NCBI GenBank assembly: GCA_951406725.2
Contig: OX597819.1
Span: 73,408,001-73,472,000, forward strand
Direction of reading: 5' to 3'
DNA length: 64,000 nucleotides
DNA from: Octopus vulgaris
Taxonomy: Eukaryota
Below the pieces are notes generated by a model, which saw only the letters and a list, made by a program, of their open reading frames with translations, was not told where the DNA came from and did no database searches. Numbering within the stretch: position 1 is the stretch's first letter; every line of letters starts with the position of its first letter. Made by a program: the position numbers and the translations under genes. This document shows, one piece after another, positions 1 to 13,139 of this stretch.

Positions 1-683
1 TGAAAACAAAAGGACAGGTAAGTGATGCTGGCGGAGGGGGCCGTTAGCATCGCTTTCATATTATCATTTTTTCATTTTCATTTGCTCATAAATTTAATCA
101 TATTGTTCTATGTCCCCCATGTTTTGTTATGTCCGCCATTCTTCGTAGCCCCTGGTGGGTAATAAAGAAATAACATGGAGGAAAGCACCTTCGAAAAGTG
201 TCTTGGTGCGACTATGAAAGGTATCTAATCAGAGGCGGTAAATTCGTCACAATAGAAGCAAGGTTTGAGTCAACGGAGTGTGCAAGGGAGTACACAACTC
301 GAACTTGCAAAGTGGAAATATTATATTTATACCTTTATATCTGGGACGTAGGACGTCCTGGAAAAAAAATTTTAAATGCCCCCCACCCCTCCAGAAGTAG
401 AGGTAGGCTGGATTGTAGCCACACTTCTATACAAAAGGGAGGACAAGATACAATTGATCGAAATTACAAGAGACGGGCTAACAATTACAGTCTGTTATAT
501 ATTTTGAGTATTGATATCACTAGCGATATCAAGATATAACTTTGTATTTTTTATTTTATGTGTAGATGTATATATATGTAGATGTACATGTAATATGTAC
601 ACATATAAATATACACATATAAATATACACATATATGCATGGACTAGCACTAGCACCCGGCAACGACGGGTCTTTAATGCTAG

Positions 684-725
<42 letters not shown>

Positions 726-730
726 TATAT

Positions 731-785
<55 letters not shown>

Positions 786-879
786 CATACATGCAGACAC
801 ACACACACACACACACATATATATACACATACAGAGATACATGCATATATACATATATACATATATATATGCATAAATA

Positions 880-1684
880 CATCATCATCATCATCATCAT
901 CATCGTTTAACGTCCGTTTTCCGTGCTAGCACGGGTTGGACGGTTTGACTGGGGTCTGGGGAGCCAGGGGCTGCTCCAGGCTCCAGTCTGATCTGGCAGT
1001 GTTTCTACAGCTGGATGCCCTTCCTAACGCCAACCACTCTGCGAGTGTAGTGGGTGCTTTTTACGTGACACCAGCACAGGTGCCAGAGGGGTCTGGCATT
1101 GGCCACGATCGGTTGGTGCTTTTTATGTGCCACCGGCACAGAAGCCAGTTGAGGCGGGGCTGGCATCAGCTACGTTCGGATGGTGCTTTTTATGTGCCAC
1201 CGGCACAGAAGCCATTCGAGGCAGGGTTGGCATCGGTCACGTTCGGATGATGCTTTTTATGTGCCACCGGCACAGAAGCCAGTCGAGGCAGCACTGGCAA
1301 CGGCCACGTTCGGATGGTGCTTTTTATGTGCCACCGGCACAGGTATCACAACTACTGTTTCCATTGATATTTGGTTCGATGTTCATGTACATGCACTTGA
1401 CTCAACAGGTCTCCTCAAGCACAGCGAGATGTTCCGGGATCCAAGGTACTTTGAATGGGCAGGGGCTATGCAGAACTGGTGCCAGAAGCATCCCGGGTCT
1501 TAGTAGTCACAGCACATCTCCAGAGATCTCGGTCCTTCGCCATTGCCTCAGTGAGGCCCAACGCTCTGAGGTCATGCTTGACTACCTCATCCCATGTCTT
1601 CCTGCGTCTACCTCTCCCCCTGATTCCTTCAACTGTTCGGGAGTGGCACTTCTTCACACATCTCTCCTAATCCATCCGCAGTAC
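880..1684 (-). mobile_element. RTE-clade LINE, 5'-truncated 3' fragment (RT C-terminus, long 3'UTR, (GAT)n tail)
   Basis: ORF 1466-1657(-) VEGIRGRGRRRKTWDEVVKHDLRALGLTEAMAKDRDLWR matches the RTE C-terminal GxRxRGRPxxxW...DRxxWR motif; (CAT)n at 880-903 on + is the tail. Confidence 0.85.
1053..1345. repeat. 62-67 bp tandem repeat in the RTE 3'UTR (4 units plus a partial)
   Basis: Units beginning G(G/A)TGCTTTTTA start at 1053, 1115, 1182, 1249 and 1316. Confidence 0.9.
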
Positions 1685-1806
1685 CACATCCATCCGCAGT
1701 ACATACGTACATATATACATATATATACACATATACACATGCATACATATATACATGCATATATATATATATATATATGCATATATATATATAGATATAT
1801 ATATAT

Positions 1807-4075
1807 GAGAAAGAGATCCTCAATCAAAACTGGCCTGAATGTCTATCCTCGCCAGACATCGACATGAAACTTCAACAATTCATGTCTGTAATGCAAGCCA
1901 TATGCTACAAATGTGTCCCAGAGAGAAAGGCCACTGTACACAAGAGCAAAATCCCCAGAGAGAGGAAAATTCTAATGAGACGGCGTACAAAAGTTTCAAA
2001 TCGCCTTAACAAACAAATTGAAAGCAGAGAAAATTCCCGCCTGAAAATAAAACTGTTGGAAATAGAAAAATGTCTGCAACTCTCCCATGAAAAAGAAAGA
2101 GCAGACAAAGAAGCCTGGGCTATAGACAACATAAAATCTAACCCCAGAGCTTTCTACAGGTATGCCAAAGAAACAGCTACGGTGCACTTGAAAAGGATGG
2201 CACACTCACAGGAAATCCAATGAGGGTAAGTGAAATACTAAATGAGCAATTCAAGAGTATTTTCACTCCACCCCTTGGGCAATTTCAAGTCAGCAATCCA
2301 ACTGACTTCTTTACCACTGCAGATATAAAATCAGAGGCAGCGATGATTGATTACATCAATATAAAGGAAGACAATGTAATAAAGGCTATTGATGAAATGA
2401 AAACAAACTCAGCTACTGGCCCCGATGGATTCCCAGCAATCCTCCCAAAAGTATGTAAGAGAGTCCTAGCAAGACCACTGCAGTTCCTCTTTCAGAGCTT
2501 CCTTGCAACTGGTAAACTCCCAAGAAAACTGAAGGAAGGTAAAATATGCCCTATTCATAAAGGAGGTAGCAGAGCGGAGGCAAAGAACTACAGACCTATC
2601 TCTCTGACCTCACACATCAGCAAGGTCATGGAATGAATAGTCAGAAGGAAACTAATCACCTTCCTTGAAGAAAATGACTCGCTGCCTGACACCCAACATG
2701 GTTTCCGACCAGGAAGAAGCTGCTTAACTCAGCTCCTACAACACTATCACTGGGTGCTGAAACGACTGCTCAACCACTCAAATGTGGAAGTCATATATCT
2801 CGACTTTGCAAAGGCCTTTGATAAAGTCGACCATGGAATGATATGTCACAAACTGCGTGATCTTGGCATAGTTGGAAAATTGGGAGAATGGCTTCATGAC
2901 TTTCTGAAGGATAGAAGTCAGGTGGTAGTAGCCAATGGGGCCACTTCCATTAACACGCAAATAGTGAGTGGTGTTCTGCAAGGCACTGTTTTGGGACCAC
3001 TACTGTTCATAATGGCCCTCTCAGACATGCCCTCAGCCACGCAGAGAGCCACGATCACAAGTTATGCAGATGATACAAAAGTTTCACAGGCAGTACAGAA
3101 CCCTGAAGACACTAAGCACCTGCAATGTGAGCTGGACAAAATATACAAGTGGGCTGAAAAGAATAGCATGCAGTTCAATGCTGAAAAGTTTCAAGCTTTA
3201 TGCTATCAGCATGCAAAACTAAGTGCAATACCCAATAAATACACTGGACCTGGAGGGTTTGCAATCCCAGAGGCACAATTGGTGTGAGACCTGGGTATTT
3301 ACATGAGTGATGATGCAACCTTTCATGTGCATGTTGCTAAATTGGCAATGAAATGTAGGCGGCTGACCGGATGGTTTCTTAGAGCCTTTAGAACAAGAGA
3401 CCAGGAAACCATGATGGTCCTCTAGAGGATACTTGTCCTAAGCCACTTTAACTATTGCTCTCAGCTATGGTCACCATCCAGTGTCAAGTTAATCACAGAA
3501 CTTGAGGCGATCCAACGAAGCTACACGAAGAAGATAGCCTCTGTGCAGCATATAAGCTATTGGGAAAGACTCAAGAGATTGAGACTCTATTCCTTAGAGC
3601 GTAGGCGAGAAAGATATGCCATAATATACATCTGGAAGATCCTAGAAGGACTTGTCCCAAACTTTGGCATCGAGAGTTACACAAATGCCAGAACTGGGCG
3701 CCACTGCACAGTGCCAAGGACTCCAAATTTGCCATCAAGATGTAGGACAAGATACTGTGATAGCCTGGGCTTCCGAGGCCCACAGCTCTTCAATATCCTC
3801 CCGAAGAACCTGAGAGACCTGCACGGGGTGGATGCAGATGTCTTTGAAATAAAACTGGATCTCTTCTTGTCAGGTGTCCCAGATGAACCAACTTCATGGC
3901 AGGAGGTGCAGATGAGGGCAGCTGCATCGAACTCTCTCATGCACCAAATGGCAATTGCTAAAAAGCATTCGTGAAGTAAAATCATGTAGCAACACCAAAT
4001 GGCGATGCCCCAGCATGGCCACAACTTGTGAGCTGAAACTAGATAAAAAAAAATAAAATAAAATAAATTAAAAAA
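1807..4075 (+). mobile_element. CR1-group LINE, 5'-truncated, ORF2 disrupted; related to the intact copy at 44691-48037
   Basis: ORF pieces 1864-2223, 2220-2636, 2754-3287, 3543-3974 contain [37 protein letters not shown] and [11 protein letters not shown]; 3' tail GGCGATGCCCCAGCATGGCC...CTGAAAC at about 4001-4039; TA-rich tracts on both flanks. Confidence 0.95.
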
Positions 4076-4877
4076 TATATATATACATACATATATATAT
4101 ATACATACATACATATATATACACATACATACATATGTTCATATATATATATATGTTCATACATCATACATACATATATACATACATATGTTCATATATA
4201 TATATATATATATATGTTCATAAATCATACATACATACATGCATACATACATACATACATACATACATACATACATCTGTATTTGTGAGTATAAAGTGAC
4301 TGGCCAGTCATCTGAACATCTCCTGCTTAGATGGACATGTGATTTCCTGGTGAATATCCTGTTTCCTGCTGAGTTTGAAACCAGAGAGTTTTTGTGCTTA
4401 CAGGAAACCGGATACATCCGTACATGGAGAGATAGATTGACAGCAGTGAATGCTGATGTTGTACGCCAGCTAAACTAGAGATTCTTGACATCTGTATAAG
4501 AAGTGAACAGATGCAGAGACATGAAGCCATCTGGAGGGGAAATTAAGGAAAGTGAAACATGACCAATGTGATGTAAGTTCAAAGTAATAAAAGACAACAC
4601 ATGTTGAGATGGAGATGAGGAAAGGACATATTCGTAACATAGAATATGACTATGAGTTCATTCAAGACAAGTGGCTGTGATCTACAGGTAAGGTATGTGG
4701 TTAGAATAAAGTTGCAGTCAGATGGAAGGAAACATCATGGTGGAATAGTATGATCATCGCTACAGCCATATTGAACAATCTATCAGCTCTCTCTCTCTCT
4801 GTCTCTCACTTACAATGCCTGGAATCAAATATGGTATTTCTGCCAGAAGAGTCAAATAGAAAAAGAAACTAAACATG

Positions 4878-5281
4878 GGCGTAGGAGTGGCTGTGTTGTA
4901 AGTAGCTTGCTTACGAACCACATGGTTCAAGGTTCAGTCCCACTGCGTGGCACCTTGGGCAAGTGTCTTCTACTATAGCCTTGGGCCGACCAAAGCCTTG
5001 TGAGTGGATTTGGTAGATGGAAACTGAAAGAAGCCTGTTGTATATATGTATATATATATGTGTATGTGTGTGTATATGTTTGTGTGTATGTGTTTGTCCC
5101 CCCAACATCGCTTGACAACTGATGCTGGTGTGTTTACATCCCCATAATTTAGTGGTTTGGCAAAGGAGACTGATAGAATAAGTACTAGGCTTACAAAGAA
5201 TAAGTCCTGGGGTCGATTTGCTCGACTAAAGGTGGTGCTCCAGCATGGCCGCAGTCAAATGACTGAAACAAGTAAAAAGAG
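4878..5281 (+). mobile_element. tRNA-derived SINE family A, full length, CR1-type 3' tail
   Basis: A-box-like TGGCTGTGTTGTAAG, B-box-like GGTTCAGTCCC, internal (TA/TG)n, ends CAGCATGGCCGCAGTCAAATGACTGAAACAAGTAAAAAGAG; near-identical to 40038-40466. Confidence 0.9.
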
Positions 5282-5354
5282 TATGAATTGTGTAGCTGTA
5301 AAGTTTGTCTTCTGGCACAAAGGGACCCTACCTCGATGATACTCTCCACTTCCA

Positions 5355-5693
5355 GCTGAGAGGCTTTTGTCTTGCAAGCTACTTGGTAACCCTGTTGCTG
5401 CTAGTGCCACATAAAAATCACCAGTGCCAGTGTCACATGAAAACCAATGGTGCTGATGCTATATAAAAAGCCCTGGTGCTGGTGCCATGGGTGGTGGGAT
5501 GCACTGGTGCTGGAGCCATGTAAAAAGCACCCAGTACACTCTGTAAAGCGGTTGGTGTTAGGAAGGGCATCCAGTTGTAGAAACCATGCAAAAACAGATG
5601 ATGGAACCTGGTGCTTCTCCCAGCCTTGCCAGCTCCTGCCAAACCATCCAACCTATGCCAGCACAGAAAACAGATGTTAAATGATGATGATGA
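5355..5693 (+). mobile_element. RTE 3'UTR fragment
   Basis: TAAAAAGCACC units, GTTGGTGTTAGGAAGGGCATCCAG core and GTTAAATGATGATG tail; reverse complement of the 880-1100 type sequence. Confidence 0.75.
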
Positions 5694-5764
5694 ATCAAAA
5701 GCAATAGGATTATGACAAATATGTAAATTTTTTCACCATATTTTCAGGTGATTTTTGTTAGTGG

Positions 5765-6298
5765 ATGGTCCCAGTATGCAGCACCTTAGGCAAGTATCTT
5801 CTACTCTAGCCTTGGGCTAACCAAAGCCTTGTGAACAGATTTGGTAGACTGAAACTGAAAAAGGCATGTTGAGCATACGTATGTATGCATTTGTACATAT
5901 GTGTATGTATGTGTGTATGAATGTGTGTATGTATGTATGTATATATATATATGTGTGTGTATGTATGTATGTGTGTATGTATGTGTGTTTGTATGTATGC
6001 ATATGTGTGTATATGTATGTGTGTGTATGTATGTATATGTGTGAATATGTGTGTATATGTATATGTGCGTATATATATGTGTGTATGTATGTGTCTACCT
6101 TTGTCTTGACATCATGTGATGATTGTAAACAAGTACCACCGTCATACAAGTGGTGTTGTTTATTTCTAGTCTTCTATGAAAAATCGATTGGTGATCGGAA
6201 GGGCAACTGGCCTTTGAAAATCTGCCCCAACAAATTCCATCTGACCCATGGAAGCATGGAAAAGTGGATGTCAAGTGATGATGATGATGATGATGATG
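5765..6298 (+). mobile_element. SINE with family A head and RTE-type 3' tail
   Basis: 5' part CCAAAGCCTTGTGAACAGATTTGGTAGAC as in family A; ends GCATGGAAAAGTGGATGTCAAG(TGA)n like the RTE tail. Confidence 0.7.
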
Positions 6299-6361
6299 TT
6301 AGTGACTCTGAATGTTCCTAATCTTGAACCACCCTCAACCAGCTTTGAAACTCCTGTGCCA

Positions 6362-6690
6362 CTGTGGCTGCATGGGTTTGGGTTCAGTCCCACTGTATGG
6401 CACCATGGTGAAGTGCCTCCTACTGTTGCCTCGAGCCAACCCATGCCTTGTAAGTGAATTTGGTAGGCAAAACTTGTGAGGAAGCCAGTCACATACATGT
6501 TTTTTTTGTGTGTTTGTTCTCTATCACTGCTTGACCACCAGTATGGGTTTGTTTACATCATTATAACTTAACAGTTCGGCAAAATGGGTGAACAAAATAA
6601 TTACCAGACTTTAAAATAAGCCCTGGGGTCAATTTGTTCAACTAAACCGTTCAACATAGCCTCAGTCCAGTGACCGAAACAAGATAAACA
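6362..6690 (+). mobile_element. Degenerate SINE family A
   Basis: GGGTTCAGTCCCACTG head and GACCGAAACAAG tail. Confidence 0.7.
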
Positions 6691-7364
6691 ATAAAGGAAG
6701 ACAGAAGTATGAGGAAATATTTTGAGGGTCTTTGTAACAGATTTATCAAGCTTTGTGATAAAATTTGATGCCAGCCAATTGCTCAAATTTGTTAGCAATT
6801 GTAAAAATGGTAAAGTTGTTCTGACACATTATGACAAAATTTCGTGGAATAACTGAACAGAAATACAAAGCAGGATGTCCATTTGTGGGATTGACTTGGT
6901 CATAAAGAGGCTCATAATGAGCACAATAGCTGTTCATGCATTTCTCCTGAGTGGTACAATCACAGAAAGTACTGTTGGGAAGATTTCTTAAAACAGATTT
7001 TTGTATGTGTGTATGCATGCGCACAAAGACACACAGACATGAATATGCAGATACAGTGGTTGGCGTTAGGAAGGGCATCCATCTGGAGAAACCATATCAA
7101 AGCAGGCATATCAAAGGAGCCTGGTGCATCTCTCTGGCTTGCCAGCTCCTGACAAACCATCCGATCCATGTCAGCATGGAAGATGGATGTTAATTGACAA
7201 TGACGATGACACACATATATGCACAAACGCATGCATACACATATCATGCTAACACTCAGAGATAAGGATACGTGCAATCATCATCATCACCACCAATCAC
7301 CTCTTCCCATCATCATCATCATGTTGGATCTTTCTCAAGGGTATTTATGCTATAATCCACTCTA

Positions 7365-7383
7365 ATGATGATAATAACAATTC

Positions 7384-7440
<57 letters not shown>

Positions 7441-7442
7441 TG

Positions 7443-7488
<46 letters not shown>

Positions 7489-7497
7489 GAAGAAGAA
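7365..7497. repeat. (AAT)n microsatellite (similar tracts at 8003-8085, 11131-11210, 44170-44265, 63365-63490)
   Basis: Read directly from the sequence. Confidence 0.95.
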
Positions 7498-8008
7498 TAT
7501 GTCCTCAAGCAGAAATTTTCAGACAGCCCGTTTCCTTCAACTCCATCTTTCTTTCCTGTTCAGCCTTTTAAAGCAAGGGATGGGGAAGGGAGGGTGGAGT
7601 GTGGGGATAACGTTTAACTGTTTTTTTCTATCTATCAAGGAAGCTGTAAGAACATTAAAAAAAAAAAAGTTGATTGTTTCTCAAGACATTGTTCCTCCTT
7701 TTATCATCATCACCATTATCATCATCGTCATCGTTAATTGTTATTATTAATATTAATATTATGATAATTTCTTTTTGTCCATATTTTCTTTCTCTAAATT
7801 TGCGAGTTTTAGCTTTTTAATTTAGTTATATTCTTCTTTGTTTTTCTACATTTCTTTGTTAATAATTCTTTAAAAAAAAAATGACCTTTTTACCAACCCC
7901 AACCCTCCCTCACCCACCCCTCCTTTCTGATTTGTTTCCTATCTTATGATGGGAAGAAACAAGCTTTTAACTTCTCAAATATCATTAAAATCTATTGTGT
8001 TAATGATG

Positions 8009-8072
<64 letters not shown>

Positions 8073-8879
8073 TAATAATAATAATGTCTTTTGTATTTTT
8101 CTGTCTCTCTCTTTCCTTGCTTTGTATTTTTCTCTTTATCTCCCCACCCCCACTGTCTTATATCATTTCTTTCCAGCCTCCTTCCTTACTGCTTTCTTTC
8201 TTTATCTCTCTCTAGCTAATTTTCTTCTACTCCCCTTCTCTCTGTGGAAAACATTTCCTTCCAATAATTACCGACTTTGGTAACTGGTCATTTATACTTC
8301 ACAAGAAAATGTTACAACACCAAATCTTCAAGACTGCATTCATCTTCTGAGAATTATTTTCCTCTCCTTGTACATTCTGTGCATGAATATGTGTGTGAAT
8401 GACAGCCACACACCCACATGCACACACACACACACATCTTTTTGTATGTATATATATATATATATATATAATATATGCGCTCCTTTGACCAGAGAAAAAC
8501 TAATAACTGATTGATTGTCCAATAAACACATGAAACAAACTATTGAATTGCTAGTGGTTAAAATAAAGAAGTGGTATTGAACCAGTCGGTGTGTTTATTT
8601 TAATTCTCATTGGCATAACGACCCTCCCAAAACAACAAAATATATGTATATATATGTGTGTGTGTGGGTGATGTGTGTGTGTGTATGCATACACACGCAC
8701 AGATATACATATATACCCTGGCTGTGTGTAAGAAGTTTGCTTCCCAACCACATGGTCCAGTGTTTTATCCCAATGCATGGCTCCTTGAGCAAGTGTCATC
8801 TATTCAGGCCAATCAAAGTTCTCTCAGTTACCTTGTGAGACATTTACTGAAAGAAGCCTGTTGTGTATGTATATATATA

Positions 8880-8924
<45 letters not shown>

Positions 8925-8928
8925 GTAG

Positions 8929-9718
8929 ACACACATCAGAGGCGACTCCAAGTCATCAGCGTCACTCAGGCTCATCACAGATTTCGCATAAGACACATGT
9001 CCGCTCGAAGAATTTCACATTTTTTAGCAATATTTCTAGTCCCAAATGGCTTATTTTTTATATATATATCTTTCTCCATTTCTAAGTTAAGGGTAAAAAT
9101 AAAGCAACCCTGCAAAACACAACTGATCTTTATACACAGACGCACAGAATAACAGCAATCAAATAATGACAGCAGAGTACACAACAAACATCAGCGATCT
9201 GGCTGTCGTCTGTATTCTTGACAAGAGATGCCAGTTAATCTTTTACACCTACCATGGTCATTCATATTAGCCCCAATTGATGGATATAATTTTTTGTTCT
9301 TTTAAGAATATTGTAGAATGGAAACTTTTCATAGATTGGAATTTAAATCCTAATCTCTATAGAAATTTATTGTTTCAAGAAAACATTGAATTTGAATTAC
9401 TTTTAATTTTTACGATTATAGATAACAACTTGGGCTGTAACTTCTGAGCCCAAGTCAGACACATGTGAACGATGTCAAGAGAACGTCTGTGACGAATGAT
9501 ATTTTTGAGACAGGGCACCTCTAAGACCACCGCCAGATGCTGAACAAAAATAAATTAACTGCGACCAGGCTCAATAAAAGGAGACTGAGTCATTGGCTGC
9601 AATTACATACTTGAAGTTAGTGTTGGTAGAAATTCAATTGGCTTGCAAATATGCGTTCACTTTACTAAATTTATACTTGGGCTAAGTCCGAACAGCCCCA
9701 GTGCCGGAGGTGCCACTG

Positions 9719-9726
<8 letters not shown>
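8929..9726. mobile_element. Candidate non-autonomous DNA transposon bounded by 21-bp imperfect inverted repeats
   Basis: ACACACATCAGAGGCGACTCC (8929-8949) versus reverse complement of 9706-9726 ACACACATCAGTGGCACCTCC, 18/21 match; no direct TSD seen. Confidence 0.45.
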
Positions 9727-9750
<24 letters not shown>

Positions 9751-9969
9751 CATTCATTCATGAGTTGGGTTCGTCTTTGAGCTGATATGTCCAATAAGAC
9801 TATTGTTCATGAATGCATGAACAATCCATTAAAGAAAAAAATGGAAAAGAAAAAACTCATTCAATTAGTCAAAATGGATCTTGTTGACTCATAATGGAGC
9901 GCTGATAGGATGTGTGCGTGCTGGATATATACAGCCAAGCTAAACCATCATGGAGAAAACAAACTTTAA

Positions 9970-10275
9970 CGATGAGGATGATAGTGGTGGTGGTGACTGT
10001 AGTGGTAATAATGGTGATGGTATTGGTGGTGGTAGTGATGATGATGATGATGATGACAATGGTGACACTTGATATGGTGGTGGAGATGATGGTGGTGGCA
10101 GTGGCAGTGGTGATGATGATGGTGGCAGAGGTGGAGGCAGTGGTGATGGTGTTGGTGGAGGCGACAGTGGTAATGATGGTAGTGGTGATGCAGTGGCAGT
10201 AGTGGTGGTGATGGCAACGGCGGCAGTGGTGGTGGGGATTGTGTTGGTGATGATGACAGCGATGATGACGACAAC
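9970..10275. repeat. Degenerate (GGT/GAT)n low-complexity tract
   Basis: Read directly from the sequence. Confidence 0.9.
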
Positions 10276-10628
10276 AAAAAGACAGAGAACTGAAATATTC
10301 TTCTTTTGTTAGCTGAATTCCAAACAAACAGAAAAAAGACAAAATGGTTTGCAAATTATATATGGCAGCAGTAAAATATATGGCAGCAGTGAGGGGCAGG
10401 GGAGGAGAGGAAGCCTGTAATCCCTGGCCCCATTTGATAAAGGAGTGGTGAATCCTTAAATCTGACTGTCATTGAGTGATGTCACCAATTTGTTACTTGG
10501 CCTAAACTGTCATTTTGTTAGGGTTTAACCATATTTGCTTGTGCATGGCTCGTTTAACCTTACAAATACATGCACTGAAGCAAAATTAATAGGGAAGTAT
10601 AAATGGTTGTAATTTAATATATATATAC

Positions 10629-10659
<31 letters not shown>

Positions 10660-10734
10660 CTTAGACGATGATGATTATAGGAGTGACGATTGTGATTACA
10701 TAAAGATGTTGATGACAACAATTAGGTTGTAGTG

Positions 10735-11060
<326 letters not shown>

Positions 11061-11129
11061 CAATATTCATACAAACACACATATATATCTTGATGACAAA
11101 TAGCATAAGAATGATGCTATCATCTCCAA

Positions 11130-11212
<83 letters not shown>

Positions 11213-12154
11213 GAAGAAGAAGAAGAAGAAGAAGAAAACAACAACAACAGCAATAAGTGGAAGAAAGAGAAAACTCTTGATCAATATCCTCAAATCAATA
11301 CATTTTCTTTCGTTAAACTTGGTCTGTTTTGGCAGATGCAGATGGACAAGCAGGGTAAAATATTCCAGCATATCTCAAATTGTATTCTTTTCTTTTTGCT
11401 GTTTTTGTAGCAATATCGCAGTCTATTATATTCATTATCTGTTAACAATGTAATGCAGGCATTCAGCTGCGTGCAAATGCATGCGTAGATTGATTGCCTG
11501 CAACGAATCATCTCAAAGACAGCTTTACAAGGCTTAGAACGGCTTACGCAGATTGTCCTGTATGTTTCGTGTTGTAAACCCGTTGATCTTGTGGGCACAC
11601 ACACACACACACCAGCTGCTTTTGTATAGAGGAGGGAAATGGGATAACATGAAAGGTAAACCTGTGTGTGTGTGAGAGAGAGAGGGGGAGAAAGAGAGAG
11701 GAAGAGAGAGGGGGAGGGAGAGAAAGAAGAGAGAGAGACAGAGGGAAAGAGAGGGAGGGAGGGAGAGAGAAAGAGAGAGAAGATGGGATTACATAAGGAG
11801 ATGGTTGTTTTATCTTTGACTGAACCATGGAATGGTCAGCCAGTGAAGAATAACAGATATTTAATAAGACCAGGACAAAGTGCTCAAAGAATGAGATGCA
11901 TACATTACTGTAAAACTCTTTTATGGGAATGGAAGATGGAGTCAAAACTCTGTTTTGTTCTGTTTTCAGATCTGCAAAGGATTTCTTAAATGTGGAACCC
12001 ACTTTTGTGTGACAGTCATAGAACTAGAGCTGGAACTAGGAAACAGTTTGAGCATTTCTATCAATGGTTTCTATCAGAATTCTTCATGGTGTTGGCAGGA
12101 ATTCAGTCTCTAAAATTGATGAAACCTTTATAGATTAGAAATTTCTAATAATGG

Positions 12155-12720
12155 TGCAGGTATAGCTGTGTGGTAAGAAGTTTGCTTCCCAACCACATGG
12201 TTCAGGGTTCAGTCCCACTGTGCAGAACCTTGGGCAAGTGTCTTCTACCTTAGCTTTGCGCTAACCAAAGCCTTGTGATTAGATTTGGTAGACGGAAACT
12301 GAAAGAAACCTGCTGTATACACACACACACAAACATAGAGGCACATGGCTTAGTGGTTAAGGGTGTTGGACTCCTGATCATAAGATTGTGGTTTCAATTA
12401 CTGGATTGGGTGATGCATTGTGCTCTTAAGCAAAACCCTTCATTTCACACTGCTCCACTTGGTTGGTAAATATGAGTCGTCCTGTGACAGACTGGCATCC
12501 CATCCAGGGATGAACATATACACCAGAGAAACCAGGAAACTGGCTCTATGCAGTTTTTCATGAAATCATGTCTGGCCAGGAAGGACTATTGCCTTATTTA
12601 GAAACAAGCAAAGGATGGTTACAGGAAGGGCAAATGGCCCTAGAAAATCTGCTTTGGCTTAACTCCATCTGAACTATGCCAACTTGGACAAGTGGACTTT
12701 AAAATGGTAACAATGCCAAA
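12155..12720 (+). mobile_element. SINE (family A head, RTE-type tail) with nested family C SINE at about 12338-12550
   Basis: Family A head 12155-12315; a second tRNA-like head GAGGCACATGGCTTAGTGGTTAAGG starts inside its CA tract; ends GGACAAGTGGACTTTAAAATG. Confidence 0.65.
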
Positions 12721-13139
12721 GACAACCGATGACAACAATGATTTTTATTAACAGAGGTGTGTTTCCTTCTCCTGCCATACTCTCTCTGTTCTATTCACGG
12801 ATTCTTGGTGGAGGAAGAAACCAGACAGTCTGGGAGTCATTACACATTATATTGTATCTTTTGCTTGTTTCAGTGATTAGAATGTGGCCATGCTGGAGCA
12901 CCACCTTCAAGAAATTTAGTCGAATGAATTGACCCTAGAACAAATATTTGTTTTTAAGCCTGGTACTTATTTTATCAGTCTCTATTGCCAACCACTAAGT
13001 TTATGAGGATGTAAACACACCAACACCAGTGGCCAGGCCATGGTGGAGTACAGAAACACACATATATATAATTATATATGTTATGTTATGTTATGTTAGT
13101 TGACATTGCAAACATAGAAGAATGGCCTTACTGGCTTTT

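Noticed and set aside
1-175. CAG|GTAAGT donor at 17/18 and an AATAAA-ended segment
   Set aside because: Cut by the window edge; cannot distinguish a host exon from a retroelement 3' end
511-910. [12 protein letters not shown] ORFs here and throughout (e.g. 10661-11253, 47944-48568, 53224-53585)
   Set aside because: Translations of stop-free dinucleotide microsatellites
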